Below are positions 35,035 to 36,765 of a DNA stretch of 36,765 nt, in pieces (the first letter of the stretch is position 1; the number at the start of each line of letters is the position of its first letter). Made by a program: the position numbers and the translations under genes. Location: the NCBI GenBank assembly GCA_048213135.1, contig PS015101.1, forward strand, positions 51,514 to 88,278. The letters run 5' to 3'. The notes below the pieces were generated by a model that was given only the letters and a program-made list of their open reading frames with translations, was not told the DNA's origin and ran no database searches. Origin of the DNA: Reclinomonas americana ATCC 50394. Lineage: Eukaryota.

Positions 35035-36454
35035 TTAACTGGTTTTGCTGGTGGTTCGTTTTGTCTTCAGTTCCTCGATGCGCTCCTTCATAACGAGGCG
35101 ATGATCGTCCGTCACCGGTTCGCCCTCCTGGATCGATCGCTCGAGCAGAGCATATTGCAGTTGGTACAGCTCACGGGCTTCGTCAGGCACTAGCACACAC
35201 AACGAAGCGCTGTAAGTGACACCAAGCTCACATATGAGTGTGTTGCGACACACACACATACCTTCCTTGCCGTACACAGCATCGCAGTAGGTCGACAACA
35301 CCTCGGACAGCATGCGACTTGAGCGCCCGCGGAGCTCCAATCCACGAGCTACGGTGGCAACACGGTTGAGCTGATCGCGGAAGAACAACGCGTCGGCCTC
35401 GTCCAACGGGCGACTGATTGCCTGCCGCATGAACTCGCGTACGGCAAACCACGCAGGGTCCTTGACTGGGAGTGATGGCATCAGCACCCTGCCGTCAGCT
35501 GCACTGCCATCGACAACGCACTGAACCTGTTGTGGGGTCTTCTCGAAATCGTTCGACGAGCCTGACAGCGTCTCTGATATGCAACAGTTGCACGCAGTCT
35601 GTAGCGACAGTCAGTCGATCGATATCATCACGAAGTGCATGCGCATGCGGGCGTTCGCATTTACCAGAAGGCGACAGTCGTTGAGCATCCTGTCGAGCAT
35701 CGGCAAGGTCAGGCTCACGAAGGTCTCGCGGCATCTCTGCGACTGGCAGGTAATTCTGGGGCATCTCCAAAGCACACAGGTTTGCGATGGCAAGAAAAGA
35801 GTGACCAATGCGCCCGATTTCGGAGCATCCTCACCACTTCCGCGTCAATTAGGGACTGTGCCATCGCCAGATCTGCTGCACCTCCTGTCGCTGTGACCGA
35901 CATCAGCAACGCTTCATGCAGCAGCGCACGGCGAAAAGTGAACGGCGAGAAGACCACGACTGCAGAATCGATGTGGGGCTCAATGTGGACATTGCGCAGC
36001 GCCTCCACCACAAACGCGGCCAGCTGGGAGCAGTCACGATCTGCAGAAAGACATCAGCACAACGTGGATGGCAGTGCAGTGTCACAGCCTCTTTCTCACC
36101 GTCCTCGCACACACTGTAAATCTGCCGTTTCAGAAGCATCATCGCCGACGCGTCATTCTCCAGCTGCAGCTCGCGAGGCGACACGCTCATGGACGCAAGC
36201 GCGCGGTGCACACGCACCAATCCCACGTGCGTCGACATGCACGGCCCCAGTCCGAGAGCGCCCAGCAACTCGTCCACATGAACGCCCGGGAACTCGGTGC
36301 TGAACACGCCATCGGCAAGCTTGTCAAGACCGAAAAACACGTGCCAGAAGTGCTCAATGCCGGTGACCACTTGCACATCGACAAGAGCCGAGACTCGGAA
36401 CCCCGCCTGCTCACTCTCCTCCATTGGACCGCGATGACGACGAATGAAATCGTC
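35035..36454 (-). CDS. Hypothetical multi-exon protein, 5' end uncertain
   Basis: Protein-like ORF pieces (DDFIRRHRGPMEESEQ..., DRDCSQLAAFVVEAL..., MPSLPVKDPAWFAVREF...KRTTSKTS*) can be joined by GT-AG introns. No family recognised. Confidence 0.55.
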
Positions 36455-36765
36455 CTACGGCGTCCTCTCGTAGGCCCACGACGCCCTGGCCGTGTTGTCA
36501 GAATATCTGCGGTCTGCGGTCGGCATTGACTTCCACGCACGCAGAATGCAAAAAAGAAATTGGCCATGGGTGGACTTCGACGGCGTCGACGTCGGATGCA
36601 GTGTCGCTAGCGTGAGAGCGCATAGGCAGTGGCATGCAAGCTGGGCCTCGGTGGTGTGTAAGGATCGGATGAAGGCGAGTTGCAGAAGCTGTGTGTCCTC
36701 CGACGTTTCTTTCAGTCACTTTTCTTTGCTGTTTGGTTTGTGAGCAGTCAATGTCGGGCCCTGTC

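Noticed and set aside
1-36765. Alternative genetic code or stop-codon readthrough
   Set aside because: All in-frame stops in the conserved genes are removed by GT-AG introns, and TAA, TAG and TGA all serve as normal terminators.

Overview
Gene-dense, intron-rich eukaryotic DNA, probably an unidentified GC-rich protist, from a draft scaffold with six N-gaps. Manual splicing of the ORF fragments gives about 12 protein genes: poly(A) polymerase (partial), a coiled-coil protein, an enoyl-CoA hydratase, IMP3, ABCE1/RLI1 (3' part on an apparently flipped contig), a hypothetical membrane protein, an acyl-protein thioesterase, a CSPP1/CCDC66-like protein, a UBIAD1/MenA prenyltransferase, gamma-glutamyl hydrolase, a type II membrane glycosyltransferase-like protein, an SDR, plus one further hypothetical. 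The strongest signal is in the splicing code. About 25 introns across 11 genes start with GTTGCG (T at +3, G at +6, no +5 G), almost always after a non-G exon end, whereas G|GT donors are degenerate. This looks like a one-base-shifted second class of 5' splice site. The thioesterase also appears to need a 2-nt micro-exon (TG). Several unexplained intergenic repeat arrays and very short intergenic spacers are noted. All gene models are by-eye predictions without transcript data.
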